Source: Eledone cirrhosa (taxonomy: Eukaryota). Taken from it: DNA of 64,000 bases. The notes below the pieces were generated by a model that had not been told where the DNA came from, made no database searches, and saw only the letters and a list, made by a program, of their open reading frames with translations. This document shows positions 40,430-54,881 of the stretch, one piece after another; within the stretch, counting starts at the first letter, position 1; each line of letters starts with the position of its first letter. The stretch is from positions 102,982,001 through 103,046,000 of the forward strand of contig OZ024742.1 in assembly GCA_964016885.1 (NCBI GenBank), given 5' to 3'. Both the position numbers and the translations under genes were made by a program.

Positions 40430-43400
40430 AGAATTGAATGACTCACCCCCAGCCACAAGATCCTATGAGAAACTGGTAACAAGCTCGCATGTGTGCGTCC
40501 TGAACTCTGGGTCTTTCCCCTGGGAATTCTCTCTTCCCCCCACCTGGGGGGGGGGGGGGTTGTACATTCATCCATTTACTAACATTCTACCTTCTTGTGT
40601 GTCCACCTCCATGCACCCCTTCTTTTCTCTCTTGTCCTCTGACGCCTCTATATCTGATGTAGGTGAGCTATGAGGCCCTCTTACCAGCACTTTCCCTTCC
40701 ACCCACACACGCCAGCCACTCACCTCTGATGCTGCTCGATGCTCCAGTCCCCGGCCCCACGCTCCATCCCCCATCCCCCAAGCCGACACCTGCAGCACTT
40801 GCAGCACCACTAACAGACGGAAGAGGGCGGGGTGCGGCTGCTTCCACCACCTCACCTGTGTTGGCTTGACACGTCTTCGCAGCGTGGAGATGCAGGAACT
40901 GCCTCTTCCCCTCGTCTGCCCAGCCACGGCCGTCTGGCACACCACCAGATGAGACAGCGAGCTTGCCTGGCCCCAAGCCTCGCTGGTCAACATCGCTCGG
41001 TTCAGGCGGCTCCAGAAGATCCCACTCAGGATCCCGAAAGCAGCCCGGGTGCCGGTAGCCGATGCCCTCGCTTCCTCGATTGAAGGCGCCCTGGACTCCA
41101 ATCGAGCCAGTGACTGGGAGCGACTCTTTTATTTCGCCCCACTCGCCCTCGGCCTTCCCAGCTCTGGCGCTGACCGGGGCGGCCGGTCGACAGCAGCCTT
41201 CGTCAAGGCCAGTGTTTCGTCCTTTGGGCAAACGCCCATTCCAAGCGTGCACAGGGACCCCACACACCCACCCTCGGGTACCCCCAATCCTCCACCACTG
41301 AGGCCAGCGCCAAGCGTTTGCGAGACCGCGTAAATGCTAAACTAATCATGGGTGATGTCTCAGCCGCAATCAGAGTGGTTGCCTCAGAGGACACTGTCCT
41401 CCAGCCCACCGAGGAGTTCCTGGCTGCCCTGCGACTCAAACACCCTGAGCCACCCGCTGATCTCAGACCCATACCCCCACCCGACCCAACTTACTCCTTG
41501 TGGCTTCCGACGCAGACATCATGTCTGCCATCAAGTCCTTCCCAGCTAGCAGCAGCGGAAGTGCTGATGGTCTCCGACCAGGCCACCTCAAGGAATTGCT
41601 ATGCTCCCTCTCCGCTGAGGCCGGGCGCCGCCTTCTGAGTGCAATTGTGGGGCTCACGAATAGGCTCATCCATGGCACCCTGGACCCTCATGCCCGAAGC
41701 CTCTTTTTTCGGCTAGCCTCACCGCTCTCAGAAAGAAAGAGTGTGACATACGCCCCATCGCTGTGGGCAATGTCTTCCAGAGGCTGTCTGCCAAGGTGGT
41801 CTGCAGGTCCATAACACCCGACCTGGGTGAGGAGTTCCGTCCGGTTCAACTGGGTGACAGGGTGTCCGGTGGCTGTGAGTGGGCCGCACATGCAACCAAG
41901 CAGTTCTTCAACAGCTGCCCACCGGAACCAGCATCAGGGACTCCAGGCACCTCATTGTCAAGCTTGACATGAGGAATGCCTTCACCTGCTTGCGCCGGGA
42001 CCATCTGCTCGATATCTGCCTCAGCCGAGCCCCCCTCTGCCTACCCGCTGGCCTACCTGTCGTATGGAGCCCCGAGCTGCTGATACGGTCATACCTTCAG
42101 CTACTAGGGTCCAACAAGGCGACCCTTTGGGACCCTCCTGTTTGCCCTTGGTATAGACCACAACGCCCGGAGTATCACGGCCCCTCTCAACGTTTGGTAT
42201 CTGGATGATGCTACGTTGGGCGGGCCCGTACAGACTGTCTGCCATGACCTACAATCGGTGGCTCCTGCCCTGGCGGGAATCGGCCTCCAGGCAAAGTCGG
42301 AGGTGGTGAATGTCAGCAACGATGCTGAGAGCTTTGCAGCCTCCGTCTCGGACGTGCGGTCCATTCTCCACCAGGTACAGGTGACCCCCAAAGAGGATGT
42401 CCTCATCCTCGGGTCACCGATCCACCCGCCGGCTATCCGCTCCACCAGCAGGTCTAGGTTTCAACAACTCCAGAATCTAACGAGCCGATTGGGCCTGATC
42501 GACGGCCACCCAGCTCTCTTTCTGTTGAGGAACTGCTTCGCTATGCCGAAGCTCCTCTACACCCTCCGCAGCGCTTCGTGCTACACCCACACATCTCTCC
42601 TCGCTGACCTCGATACTTGTATCCGAGCAGAAGCTGAGGAGATATGCAACGTCAAGTTTGACGACATTGGATGGCAACAGGCCACTTTACCTGTCAGGTA
42701 TGGCGGCCTTGGCCTCCGGTCCCCGATCTCGCTGGCTTTGCCGGCGTATCTTTCGTCGGTAACCTCGTGCCGCGTCCTCGTCAGCAGGGTTCTTCAAAAC
42801 ACAATAGAACCCTCTGTGTTCAGAGAACGTGAGGCCGCATGTGAGACGTGGGACCGGCTGGGACTTAGCCCAGTAGACGTCCCTCCTTTTCCCCTTGTTG
42901 ACGTCACGTCCCCCCAAAGCACTTGGGATGCCATCCAGCGCAGCCTGGCCTCAGACAGGCTCACGCGCCAGCTCGACCAGCACCGCCTTGCTTGCTTTCG
43001 TGCGGCCTCGAAACCCCACAGTGGTGCCTGGCTCCATGCCCTGCCCTCCTTCTCCACTGGCACGCAGCTAGACAACAATAGCCTGCGCATCGGCGTTTCC
43101 TTGAGGCTCGGCCTCCGGATCTGCGAGCCACACCAATGTCGCTGCGGATCCACCGTGGACTCTTTCAGCCTCCACCCGCTTTCTTGTCGTCACAGTGCCT
43201 GCCGCCTTCAACGCCATGCTGCCATCAACGAGATCATAAAGCATAGCTTGAACGCTGCGGGCTTCCCTTCCCGGCTCGAGCCGGTGGGGCTGGACCAAGG
43301 GGACGGCAAAAGGCCAGATGGCATGACCATCTTCCCGTTCCGCGGTGGCAAACCCCTCGTCTGGGATGCTACTTGCACCGACACTTTCTGCAGCCGCAAC

Positions 43401-43745
43401 CTGGTGTAGTCTTCCACTAACCCAGGTTCTGCTGCACGTCGGGCTGAGGAGGCCAAGCTCCTCAAATACCGGTCGCTCTCCGACAGGTTTGCGGTTGTAC
43501 CCCTGGCAGTGGAGATTTCTGGTTTCCTCGGCCCCAGGGCTACCTCCCTACTTACCACCATAGGCGCTGAGCTGGCCAGCCGCAGGTGTGAGCTCCGCGA
43601 GTTGGAGTGGCTTTTCCAGCGCGTCTCCCTTGCCGTCCTCCGCGGGAACGCCTTCTCCACCTGTCCGCCGGGGCTGTGGGAGGGCCCCATCGCGTAACAT
43701 TCCATATTTAGTTATCCGAAACACAAAACCTGTTTATTTAGTCAC
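40430..43745 (+). mobile_element. Near-full-length CRE-like (RLE) non-LTR retrotransposon, frameshifted
   Basis: RIPKAAR...W..LF.FA, IVKLDMRNAF, VQQGDPLGP, WYLDDATLGG, CRCG..HPLSC, RHAAINEII, RPDG...WDATC, KY...PLAVEISG, QRVSLAVLRGN; premature TAG at 43407; followed by (TATG)n; 5' boundary uncertain. Confidence 0.88.
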
Positions 43746-43990
43746 TATATATAAGTGTTGAGAATGTCTTGTGTGTATTTATGTATCTACCTATGTGAGT
43801 TTTATATGTATGTATGTATGCATGCATGCCTGTATGTATGTGTGTACGTATGTATGTATGCATGTTTGTATGTGTGTACGTATGTATGTATGTATGTATG
43901 TATGTATGTATGTATGTATGTATGCATGCATGCATGCATGCATGTATGTATGTGTGTATGTACGTATGCAAGTATGCATGCATGTATGTA

Positions 43991-44165
43991 CAGACCTGTC
44001 AACTCTCCTCGTCTGATGGGGAGATCTCCCACCCACTTTGGGGTGGGTGAGATGTCTTCTATTGTGAAAAAGGGTATAGCTTTCATTGTGTAAAATATCC
44101 CCATTTTGCCTCATTTTCCTCATTTATGGTACTCCTGTTTGGATTTTTAGAGGTTGGCAGGTCTG
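43991..44165. mobile_element. MITE with 13-bp TIRs inserted in (TATG)n
   Basis: cagacctgtcaac / gttggcaggtctg. Confidence 0.65.
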
Positions 44166-44337
44166 ATGTATGTATGCAAATATGCATGTATGTATGTATG
44201 CATGTATGTATGTATCTATGAAAGTATGTATGTATGTATATATATGTATGAAAGTATGTATGTATGTATGTATGTATGTATGTATGTATGTATGTATGTA
44301 TGTATGTATGTATGTATGTATGTATGTATGTATGTAT

Positions 44338-44790
44338 GTTATCTCTTTCTCTTAATTTCGAGTATATTTTTTTGACCGGCCACCTTCCTGGTGGCAAGGT
44401 TGTAAAAGAAAAGAAATTGTCATCCCTTGAATCGCAAGAATGTTTTGCAAATTTTGAAGGTGCCAGCTATCGCAGCCATTTGTAGACTATGAATTAGGGA
44501 GCTGCGCTCTTTGTCCGCAAATCCAAGTTCAGTCATACTTTGGTCCAAACGGGTTGGTATATAACCCGTAGCTCCAATAATGATGGGTATGAAGCTAAAG
44601 GTGTATCTTGGATACTGGATTTGTAAACTCCTCATCAATGGTCAGTAGATGTCCTCCTTCTCCTGTATTTTTCTGACAACGTTTACATCAAGTGGGCAGC
44701 TGATCGACACAATAGAACACGTTTTCAATGTGTGGTCCCAAACAACAATATCAGGTCGGTTGTGCTTTAATTTGGTGGCAGTTTTTATTT
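44338..44790 (-). mobile_element. 3' fragment of R4/Dong-like RLE non-LTR retrotransposon
   Basis: KLKHNRPDIVVWD...SISCPLDVNVVRKIQEKEDIY...IPIIIGATG...GTFKICKTFL; short 3' UTR runs directly into (CATA)n. Confidence 0.8.
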
Positions 44791-45586
44791 TCAGTTTTTA
44801 TTTTCAGGTTCCACCAGTATACCTTAGTGCCATCTGTCTCAATATATTCTTCCTATGTATGTATGCAAGTATGTATGTATATATGTATGTATGCAAGTAT
44901 GTATGTATGCAAGTATGTATGTGTATGTAAGGATTTTCTTGAGTATATATACATATAAGTTTGTTTTATTGTGTATGCATGTATATTCGTGTGTTATCGT
45001 ATATGCAAGTAGATGAGTATGTGTTATTGTGTATGCAAGTATGTGTGTGTTTATTCAGTTTTTATTTTCAGTCATTCAAAGAAAACTATCTTCTGAGAAA
45101 GAGACAGAGAGGGGGGGGGGGGCAGAAAGAGATAAATAGAGTGAGAGAGAGAGGGATGAGGGGGTGGACTGGCGAGGAAGATAGTACACGATACATTCCA
45201 TTCTTTGGTCACCACAAGGTCAGATCCGGCATCAAAGTAAATTAGTCGTGCTCTGTCTGTGGCAGGAAAAGTTATTTCACAAAGAATTCAGTAATAATAT
45301 ATATTACAATTTGATTGGTTGTGAGAAGTGAAAATTCCAGCTTATATATATTTATATGTGTGAGTGTGTGTGTAAATTTATATATATATATATTTATAGA
45401 TATGTATGTGTATGTGTATATGTATGTATATATATTTATAGATATGCGTATGAGTGTGTGTGTAAATATATCTATATATTTATAAATGAAGTGATTCCGT
45501 CGGAAAGGTCCATGAAAAAAGAGTGCTCTATGTATATATAAATATGTATATATATATATATAAATGTATGTGTGTGCATGTATATA

Positions 45587-45623
<37 letters not shown>

Positions 45624-46141
45624 GTGTTTTTATGTATGGATATATATATATATACATGTATGTGTGTGTATATGTGTCTCTGTGTATATATGTGCGTGTA
45701 TATGTGTATATATATGTGTGTGTATATGTGAGTGTGTGTTGTTATATATTCTTATTTATTACCCCCCCCCCCTTTTTTTTTGTTTTCCTCCAGCCTCACT
45801 TTCATATCTGTTATATTTTTGTTTTTCAAATCCACTGTCAATAAAGAAACCAGGATTTTTTCCTCCTGATGAATGAAAGCAATGTTGGTTGCTTTCAAGA
45901 ACCCACTGGTAAATGAAATAATTATGTTATGTTTTTTATTACATAACTATATATATTTATAGGAAAATGTTTAACCTATTTCAGTCCAGAAATAGCCGTC
46001 GAAACAGCTTGAGCTCTGCCGTCGTGGTTAAACATTTTCCTATTACCCATTCTACTACCCTAAGTATTGAGTACTCTGGTGCGTTATGGTCCATCTAGTT
46101 CCTTACCACACCTCCTTCGTTATATATTTATAGATATGTAT

Positions 46142-46236
<95 letters not shown>

Positions 46237-46369
46237 CGTCTCAGTGTGTTTAACCTTTAACGTTTGTTATAGCTCTGGTTCATCTGAATCATTGAGTACT
46301 TGCCACACATCTCGGAGGTTGTTTTTCGTTATTTCGTGGGCCGAAATGCGATTCTCGATAATTTATATT

Positions 46370-46423
<54 letters not shown>

Positions 46424-46474
46424 TAAAAGATCGGAGGCCTTTTTCAGTTGATTCGTTGATTCAGGTTTATTTAA

Positions 46475-46540
46475 AACTCCGTTATACATATTTCAATGAG
46501 GATTATCAGTTACGATAGCCCGAGCTCTTCAGACGGCAAA
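46475..46540 (-). ncRNA. Type I hammerhead ribozyme (family G)
   Basis: CCGU-CUGAAGA-...GGGCUAUCG-UAAC-UGAUAAUCC...-GAAA-UAUGUAUA^ACGG then AAUAAA; adjacent to (TA)n. Confidence 0.65.
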
Positions 46541-47399
46541 ACCTAAAATAAACATTGAAAGTTCCTAAGAAACCTTTAAATTTTGAAATTTAAAAGTTTT
46601 TTCCCCGAAAAAAATTTTCCATTCATGAGACAGGAGGTCGGCCGAACGCGTAATGTTGTTTCTTAGACGGCCGGCCTCTGCGTACAGAAAAGAAAATCTT
46701 TTTCGGGGAAATTATTGGATTTTTCCAACAGATCACAGATCAACTCATATTGAGCTGAAAAAAACCTTTGTTGTGCTTGAGCAGGAGGCACTTTGGCTGG
46801 TTGCTATTGGCTAACAACAGATCACAGGTCAATTCTTATTGAGCTGACCTATCACATAGAATTAAACTTTTACTAATTAAACTTTAATCGAATTAAACTT
46901 TTATTAATTTAGTGTATGGAATGGATCTGCGTCGATTTCGACGACCAATGTCCGAGTTGTTCGATCTACAGAACAACCTGGTCATGAAATTACCGTGTAA
47001 ATGGCCGAGCATTCCACAGACACGTGACCATTAACGTAATGCAAAGGGAGATTTAGCATAACACTGTTATGAATTACAAGTATAGTCCATTCGATGGGCT
47101 TCCAAACAGTTTCCATCTACCAATTTTGCACATAAGACTAGGGTTGACGTGATGCTATGGTAAATAAAATTTGCCCAAGATGTCACGCAGTATGATCGAA
47201 ACCGTGTCCGTAAAGATTGCGAAACGAACCTCTTAACAATTCAGCTATGGTGTCTCCTATATTGTCAATGTAATCAAGAAAAATAACACCAACAACAATA
47301 ACAAAAATCAGTGTGGGAAATATTAGAGGAAGTTTTCACTTTACTGAGTTTAAGGAAAAAGAAAGGGAGGGAAATAAAGAAATTCGGAGCAAGAGTAAA

Positions 47400-47866
<467 letters not shown>

Positions 47867-47955
47867 GTAGGAGGTGAGTTTTATTGTAGTACAATAAAGC
47901 AATGCAGATATCGGATAAGAAGCACTCTACAATTTGTAGGACTGGAGTATACATA

Positions 47956-47991
<36 letters not shown>

Positions 47992-48382
47992 ATAGATATA
48001 TATAAAACTGAGGATGTCTGTCTGTGTGTGTGAATGAGTTTGAATTCCTAAAACTAGAGAACCACCCAACCGACTGTTTTCAAACTTTACGCATGTAATA
48101 CTTGTTTCAGGGAGTGTTCTGAGAAAAATATATCATGTAAAAAATATATCACGTAATAGAGAGCCAGACTAGATATTTAATAGCTGTTTAACTTCGTGTC
48201 TGATAGGTTTTTATTCAAATTGTGACGGTGTCGACTTCAACATTGACTTCGTTCCCGTAAGATAGATAAAAACGGAATGTTCAACTCGTCACTACTTGTA
48301 TGTTCATAGGTCTGAATCGATCACCCGGTTGAAAACCACTATCTGGCTCTTGGGTGTCTTTAACCCTTTAGCATTCCCATTA

Positions 48383-48691
48383 TCTATATATATAAAACTG
48401 AGGATGTCTGTCTGTGTGTGTGTGTGAGTTTGAATCCCTAAAACTCGAGAACCACCCAACCGACTATTTTCAAACTTTACACATGTAATACTTATGTTTC
48501 AGGGAGTGTTCTGAGCAAAACAAATTTCAAATTTTCAATGCCCTAGGGACTGCATTAGGCGATTTAGTAATCTCTCTATATAATTCTTAGTCTTTCTCTT
48601 TTTAGATAGATACATACATATAACGTCGCGCCCTTATAATATCTGTCTGTATGTCTGGCTGTCTGCATTACATCACTTCCCTGAGGATGTC

Positions 48692-48771
<80 letters not shown>

Positions 48772-49320
48772 TTTGAATACCTAAAACTCGAGAAGTACCC
48801 AGCCGATTTTTTTCAAACTTTACATGTGTATTACTTATGTTTCAGGGAGTGTTATGCACATAAAAAATTCAACTTTTTGATCTCCTAGGGCCCGCATTAG
48901 GTGAAAAACTGCGTTTTTTAAGGTTTTTAGGGGTTTTTTGAGGCGTTACGTCAGAGCGATTTCCTTGAAATTGTAACTATGTATTAGTCAGTCTCTTCTT
49001 CATACCGTGAGCAAAGAAAATCCAACTTTTTTATGGCCTATGGCCTGCAGGGCTTTGTGGAGGCGTTACGTCTAGCCGATTTTCCCGAAATTTCAAGGCA
49101 TATTATGCACATAAAAAAAATTTATTTTATGATCCCCTAGGTGAAAACCTGCATTTTTCCTGCTTCATCGAGGAAAATCTTAAAGATTATCCAGCCATCA
49201 GAGTATTCGGTTTATTTTCTTTACATATTATCCACGCATGCAGTTTTTCCACGATTAGGTCTGTTGGCGGCCCGCGTTCCAAAATACCTTATCCCGTGCA
49301 ACGCCGGGTACCACTGCTAG
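48383..49320 (+). mobile_element. Non-autonomous Helitron
   Basis: A|TC 5' end, internal duplication of the 5' block, 3' hairpin cccgtgcaacgccggg and CTAG|T; a further 5' fragment at ~47995-48130. Confidence 0.8.
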
Positions 49321-49380
49321 TATATATATATAATAAGGAAGTACAAAGTTGTTTAGATGTTAAAGTCCTTTATTGATAAG

Positions 49381-49457
49381 GCCGTGATACATATTTCGAT
49401 GATGACAGTGACCACGCGATTCTGCGTAGTATCCAAAGTATGATCTCATCGGACAGC
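49381..49457 (-). ncRNA. Hammerhead ribozyme motif with U4C core (family H)
   Basis: GCUGU-CCGAUGA-GAU...AUC-GAAA-UAUGUAUC^ACGGC then AAUAAA. Confidence 0.6.
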
Positions 49458-50207
49458 TTCCTACATAATAAGGTTACAATGAGGAGGTAATCCAAAATTG
49501 AAGTGCAATGAGAACGGACAAACACGATGTTCATGAAACGAATGCCCGTTCCCCTGTCATATACATATGGGTCTGTAGTGTATATATATATATATATGTG
49601 ATTTCCGTATAACAAATAAAGGAAAAGGCGCGCTCTATGTTAAGTACAAAGCCGAAATACATCATGAGTAAAGGGAAGCCTGTAAGAGACTGTACATGTG
49701 AGGAAGAAACAAAGTCTTTATACATAAACGTGAATGTGATAAACGAGCTTTTAAACAGTTTCCATCCACCCAATTTTGCTCATAAGACTTGGGTCAACTT
49801 GATGATATGGTAAATAATACTTGCCCTGACGCAACGACTCAGTGGGATCGAACCTGGAGCCTAATGATTGCGAAGCGAACTTTTTAACCATCCGACCATG
49901 CTTCGTCCACGACCCCAAAATATAGACCTGTGGAAATGTACCATGAGATGTGCAGTTGAAATACCGCAGCAGAAACCTAAAAAATTGGTTTCATATTTAG
50001 ACAGATATATTTTTTAAACCGAGGTCGGGTCATTCTTAATTGAGCAGATCTATGATGAGAGGCGTTACAGTCGTGAACATTCCGTCTTTTTTTTTTCCAT
50101 GCATAACAATGCTGCCTGATAAGTACTGTTAAATGTAGATATGAGGGAAATTTCTTGCCTATTATTTCTAGCATATTGAACAACCACGCTGAGGCTTCAT
50201 CGTTAGC

Positions 50208-50397
50208 TCGTAGCCGAAAAGTTCATAGGCTGACCAAGATACTCTCATCGAATGATCAAATGTGGTTTACTCTTCAATATAGTCTCTGGAAAGAAACAAT
50301 GCAGTTATTAATAAGAAGAGTTGGAATTCGTGCAAGATTTCACAGCACTGGGATCACTCCTTCATAGTCAGCTAATGAACTTTTCAGCCTACCCTCG
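50208..50397. mobile_element. Tc1/mariner-type MITE (diverged copy)
   Basis: Same sequence as 63462-63648. Confidence 0.7.
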
Positions 50398-50886
50398 TAA
50401 AATGAGATTATGTGAAGTACTTGCCTTTCCCGCTGATTGTGATGACGAGCTGGGGTACCGCCCGTAGGCTGTTTCCTTGGAAGTTCTAATGTTAAATGCC
50501 CCAGTCTTGGCCCGTCATAAGGTAGTTGAAGTAGTGGTGGGGTACTGGATGGCATTGTGCCTCTATTTTTCAATGGTGCACTCTCCACCAATCCACCGCT
50601 CTGGACTGGTATTTTATGTGTGGGAGTATACCCGTAACTCTTAGTGCAGACACGGGCAACTTTTTTGAGCAGTAGGCCGCATAGGATGTGGCTCATCATA
50701 AGGCGGGCCGCACTGCTAAAAAATTCAAAGCAATTTTGAAATTAGGCGTGCCGTTCAGAAAGCCAACAAGGACCACAGTTTGCCCATGAGAATCCTAGTG
50801 GAATTGTAAGGGCAGCGTAGTGACATACAATATTTAAAACTTGCGAGGAGCCCATCTCTTCTCCAGGTCTGAACACAGCTCAGTGA

Positions 50887-50968
<82 letters not shown>

Positions 50969-52856
50969 TTGGTACTTTTTTTTTTATCGTTCTCGAAAGG
51001 ATGAAAGGCAAAGTATTCTATCCGATGTTGTAACGAATCTGCCAAGGCAGAAGAGAAGAAACTTTTCAGAAGTGTCTAACATTGCTATACCAGTGACGTG
51101 GGTCCTGGATAGTGTTAGGGACCGATCCTCCTGTGTGGGAGCCCATGTGCAGGCCACCTCGTGAACGCAGTGGTCAGGATGAGGAAAACTATTGTCTCGG
51201 GAGAGAGCGAGGGAGACTGGTTGGAATAGCTTTTCCAATTGACGGGCCGATCTCCTGTGGGTGGCCAACTCCGCCCCGATAGTAATGCATAGGGAGAGCG
51301 ATCATACTTAACGACTCTGAAAAATTGAAAAGCATAGTTGACTCCGGTGGAAATTGAACTCAAATCGTAGAGAACGGGGTGCAAATAGTCAATTCGCCGC
51401 TTTTAATTGATGATTGTGAAAATCTTCAATATTGACTCAACGAATTTAATTTATTAATCTTGTTAATACAGTAATAGTGATGATGCCCACCCGTAATATC
51501 AGCAGTTGCTGACATCCATATATTGTTTATCATTGAAAAGTCTTATTTCTTTCGTTCGTTTTCTCTCTCTCTCTTTCTCTCGCTCTTTCTATTGTCTGTT
51601 CCTCTTTCCGATTACGTAGGCTTCCTTTATAGTTCTTTGTTGTTACACACACACACTTACTTTACTTATACATACTTATACACTCAGACTTGTTCTCATG
51701 TATGACCATACACATATTCAATGTGCATACATACTGATGCATGCATAAAAGAATGCAAATATATGTATATTTAAACGCATACAAGCATACAGACGCACAC
51801 GCAAACACAGACACACACATATATATATGCGCTCAGAAACAATTACATCGAGGGTATGCATATATACAAACACACGCATATACGCAGATGTTGCTATGCA
51901 TGGTTTGATATAAACAACTTTAGTGAGTGTTTGTGTGTGTATATATGTGTGTGTGTGTATGTGTGTGCGTGAGTGTGTACGGACACGTGGAAAGCTTGCT
52001 CTGTTACAACACCGTCAATTTACAACTTTAATGGAAATTAATTGTTTCGTAAACATTTAAGTTCATACCCCTGATAAACATTGTTTTATCATTATAGTTT
52101 ATGACAATTATACAAATCTCTCTCTATCTCTTTCTTTCACACACGTGTGCTTGTGTATCTGTGTGTACGCGCACTTGTGACTGTGTGTGTGTGTGTGTGT
52201 GTGAAAGAGAGAGTGAGTGCGTTAATATGTGTCTATACATGTCTGCATATGTGTTTGTGTCTGTATGTACATTTTAGAACAAAAGAATATGCGTAAAGAA
52301 GGATAAAGAAACGATAGCACTCAATACAATACAAGATGTGTAGTTATACGTTATTCGAAGCTGAAAATACCACCGCCAACTACTCTTGGGTTCCAAATAA
52401 TGGGGGTGAGGTGGGGTGGAAATCGATAATGTTTCTACGTTGTCTCCGTTGATTTTTTTTTTTTTATCCAGAATTAGTCGTTTAGTTTACATATTGAAAC
52501 CCCAACCCATCCTAATTATTTTATAAGGTATGGGATTTCTAGTAATGTACTTGTTTGCCATGCATAATGTTTTTTAATGTATAAAGAAAATTAAAATAAA
52601 ATTACGCCGGAGATAAGGTAGCAAAATTTAAGATTATTTGAGATTATTTGAGACCCAAAAGTACTTCAACAATGTGTGTGTACATGTATGAGTGGGTTTG
52701 ACATTATCTGTGATATAGGAAGATACACACAGAGCGGAACATTTAGATTGCATTGTTTACATTCCGTCTACCACTTTCCAAAGATCGCTTTACTAATGAT
52801 TCCGTGTTTCTAGTTTTCAGTTTCCGATCATTGCACATTCATCTGAAAATCGTGTG

Positions 52857-52952
<96 letters not shown>

Positions 52953-53304
52953 AAAAAGTGAGGTAAAGTTCTATACAAAACAAAGGTTATAGTTAAAGAA
53001 GTGAAGGTGAAAATGCACAGAAGTATATTTAAAGATTATGTTTTCTTTAATCCGACAGAAAACTCCCATATATTCGAACTGCTCACAAGAATACATGAAA
53101 AAAACATTAAAAAAAAATATTCAATATTCAATATCTAAAATTTGATAAGGTTGTTTGTTATACCAATCGAAACCAGTTATATTTAATGCAACAATTATAT
53201 AATTATACATTCTGTCGAGTTAAAGAAAGGATAATCTTTAAATATACTTTTGTACATTATCAATTTCATTTTTTAACTATACAAATATACAATAAACGCA
53301 CACA

Positions 53305-53494
53305 CAAGGTCGTCTGAAAAGTTCATAGGCTGTCCAAGATACGCTCATGGAATGACCAAATGAGGTGTATTTTTTTACATAGTCCCTGGAAAGAAACTGA
53401 TTAATAAGAATAGTTAAAATTAATGCATGCAAGATTTCACAGGTTTAACATCACTTCTTTATAGTCAGCCTATAGACCTTTCAGCCGAACCTCG
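53305..53494. mobile_element. Tc1/mariner-type MITE
   Basis: Same sequence as 63462-63648. Confidence 0.7.
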
Positions 53495-54624
53495 TATATG
53501 TGTGTGTGTGGAGCTTTCTGATGTTTTCAAACGAATGAAACAGTGCTAGCCGTGTAGAAGTCATTTACATCTGAAATAAATAACGTACCTTCTCTATTTA
53601 ATGTATTGAGTACCTTATTTAATTATTCCTTTACAGAAAATTATTCCCCCACCCTCTCTTTCTGCATATATATATATATGGTCCTCTGTTAGTCGCTAAA
53701 CAAAGGAGATGCGCTATTGATGGATCGGAAGCAAAACAATACCACGTGATGTGAGGATCCTGCGGCGGAAACAACCAGCAAAACAAAACAATGAGTTACA
53801 AGGCCAAACACACAATAAAGGGAGATGTTAATAGTTTTATATTACAGAGATTTTTATTGTGATGCGACGTTGTGATGTTAATGCACCTCCCAATAAAGTC
53901 AGTGTAGAATGGAAATAACTCGGTTTGCAGCAGTGTCGATCAGTCTTAGATTTCCTGGGGTGGGTTTCCGTCTGTTACAGCGGCGAATGTTCCAGTTGAT
54001 TCGATCAACGGAACATTCTGCTCATGAAATTAGCGAGCACATGTACCCTTAACGTAATTCTCAGGGAGATTCAGCGTGGTACAAGATGTGACATAGCTGA
54101 CCCTTCAAATTACTGGTACAACTCTTTTTGGGTGACTGAATGGACTGAAGCAACGTGAAATAAAGTGTTTTGTTTATGCACTGAGATTCGAACTCATGAC
54201 CTTACGATCGTGAGCCGAACATCATATTCAGGTAGAGTCAACCAAGCAATCGTAAGAACCAAGAAACCAGCACTACAGACACCACTACTTGTAGTATAAG
54301 TATCGCAGTCACCCTTTTATAGAATTCTGAGGAATCTTTGAATTTTGCCCTGCATTTTCATCATGCATACGCATGCATACACACATACATCCACGCATAC
54401 ATACATAAACACGCACGCATACATATTTAGGTATAAACTTAAATCCTATGCTTACAATCCGCGTATAACTTTTTGAAGGATGACTCAATAACGTATAAAA
54501 AATGGAATGCTAAACTCAAAGATCGGCCTATACTATTTGAAGAAGGTTAAGTTCTCATCGATTCGAGTCCCCAAATCTTGTTTCTATTTCCAGAAATGTG
54601 TGTGTATGTATATGTATGTGTGTG

Positions 54625-54675
<51 letters not shown>

Positions 54676-54838
54676 ATGTATATGTGTGTGTGTGTGTGTA
54701 TGTATATATGTGTGTGTGTGTGTATGTATATATATATATATGCGTGTGTGTGTATGTATATATATATATGTGTGTGTGTGTATGTATATATATATATGTG
54801 TGTGTGTATGTATATATATATATATGTGTGTGTGTGTG

Positions 54839-54881
<43 letters not shown>

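Noticed and set aside
45860-45930. CTGATGA...GAAA hammerhead-like motif
   Set aside because: Stems I and III cannot be formed convincingly.
50340-50860. 119-aa ORF and GC-richer segment
   Set aside because: It runs into a mariner MITE and has no recognisable motif; likely an unclassified TE remnant.
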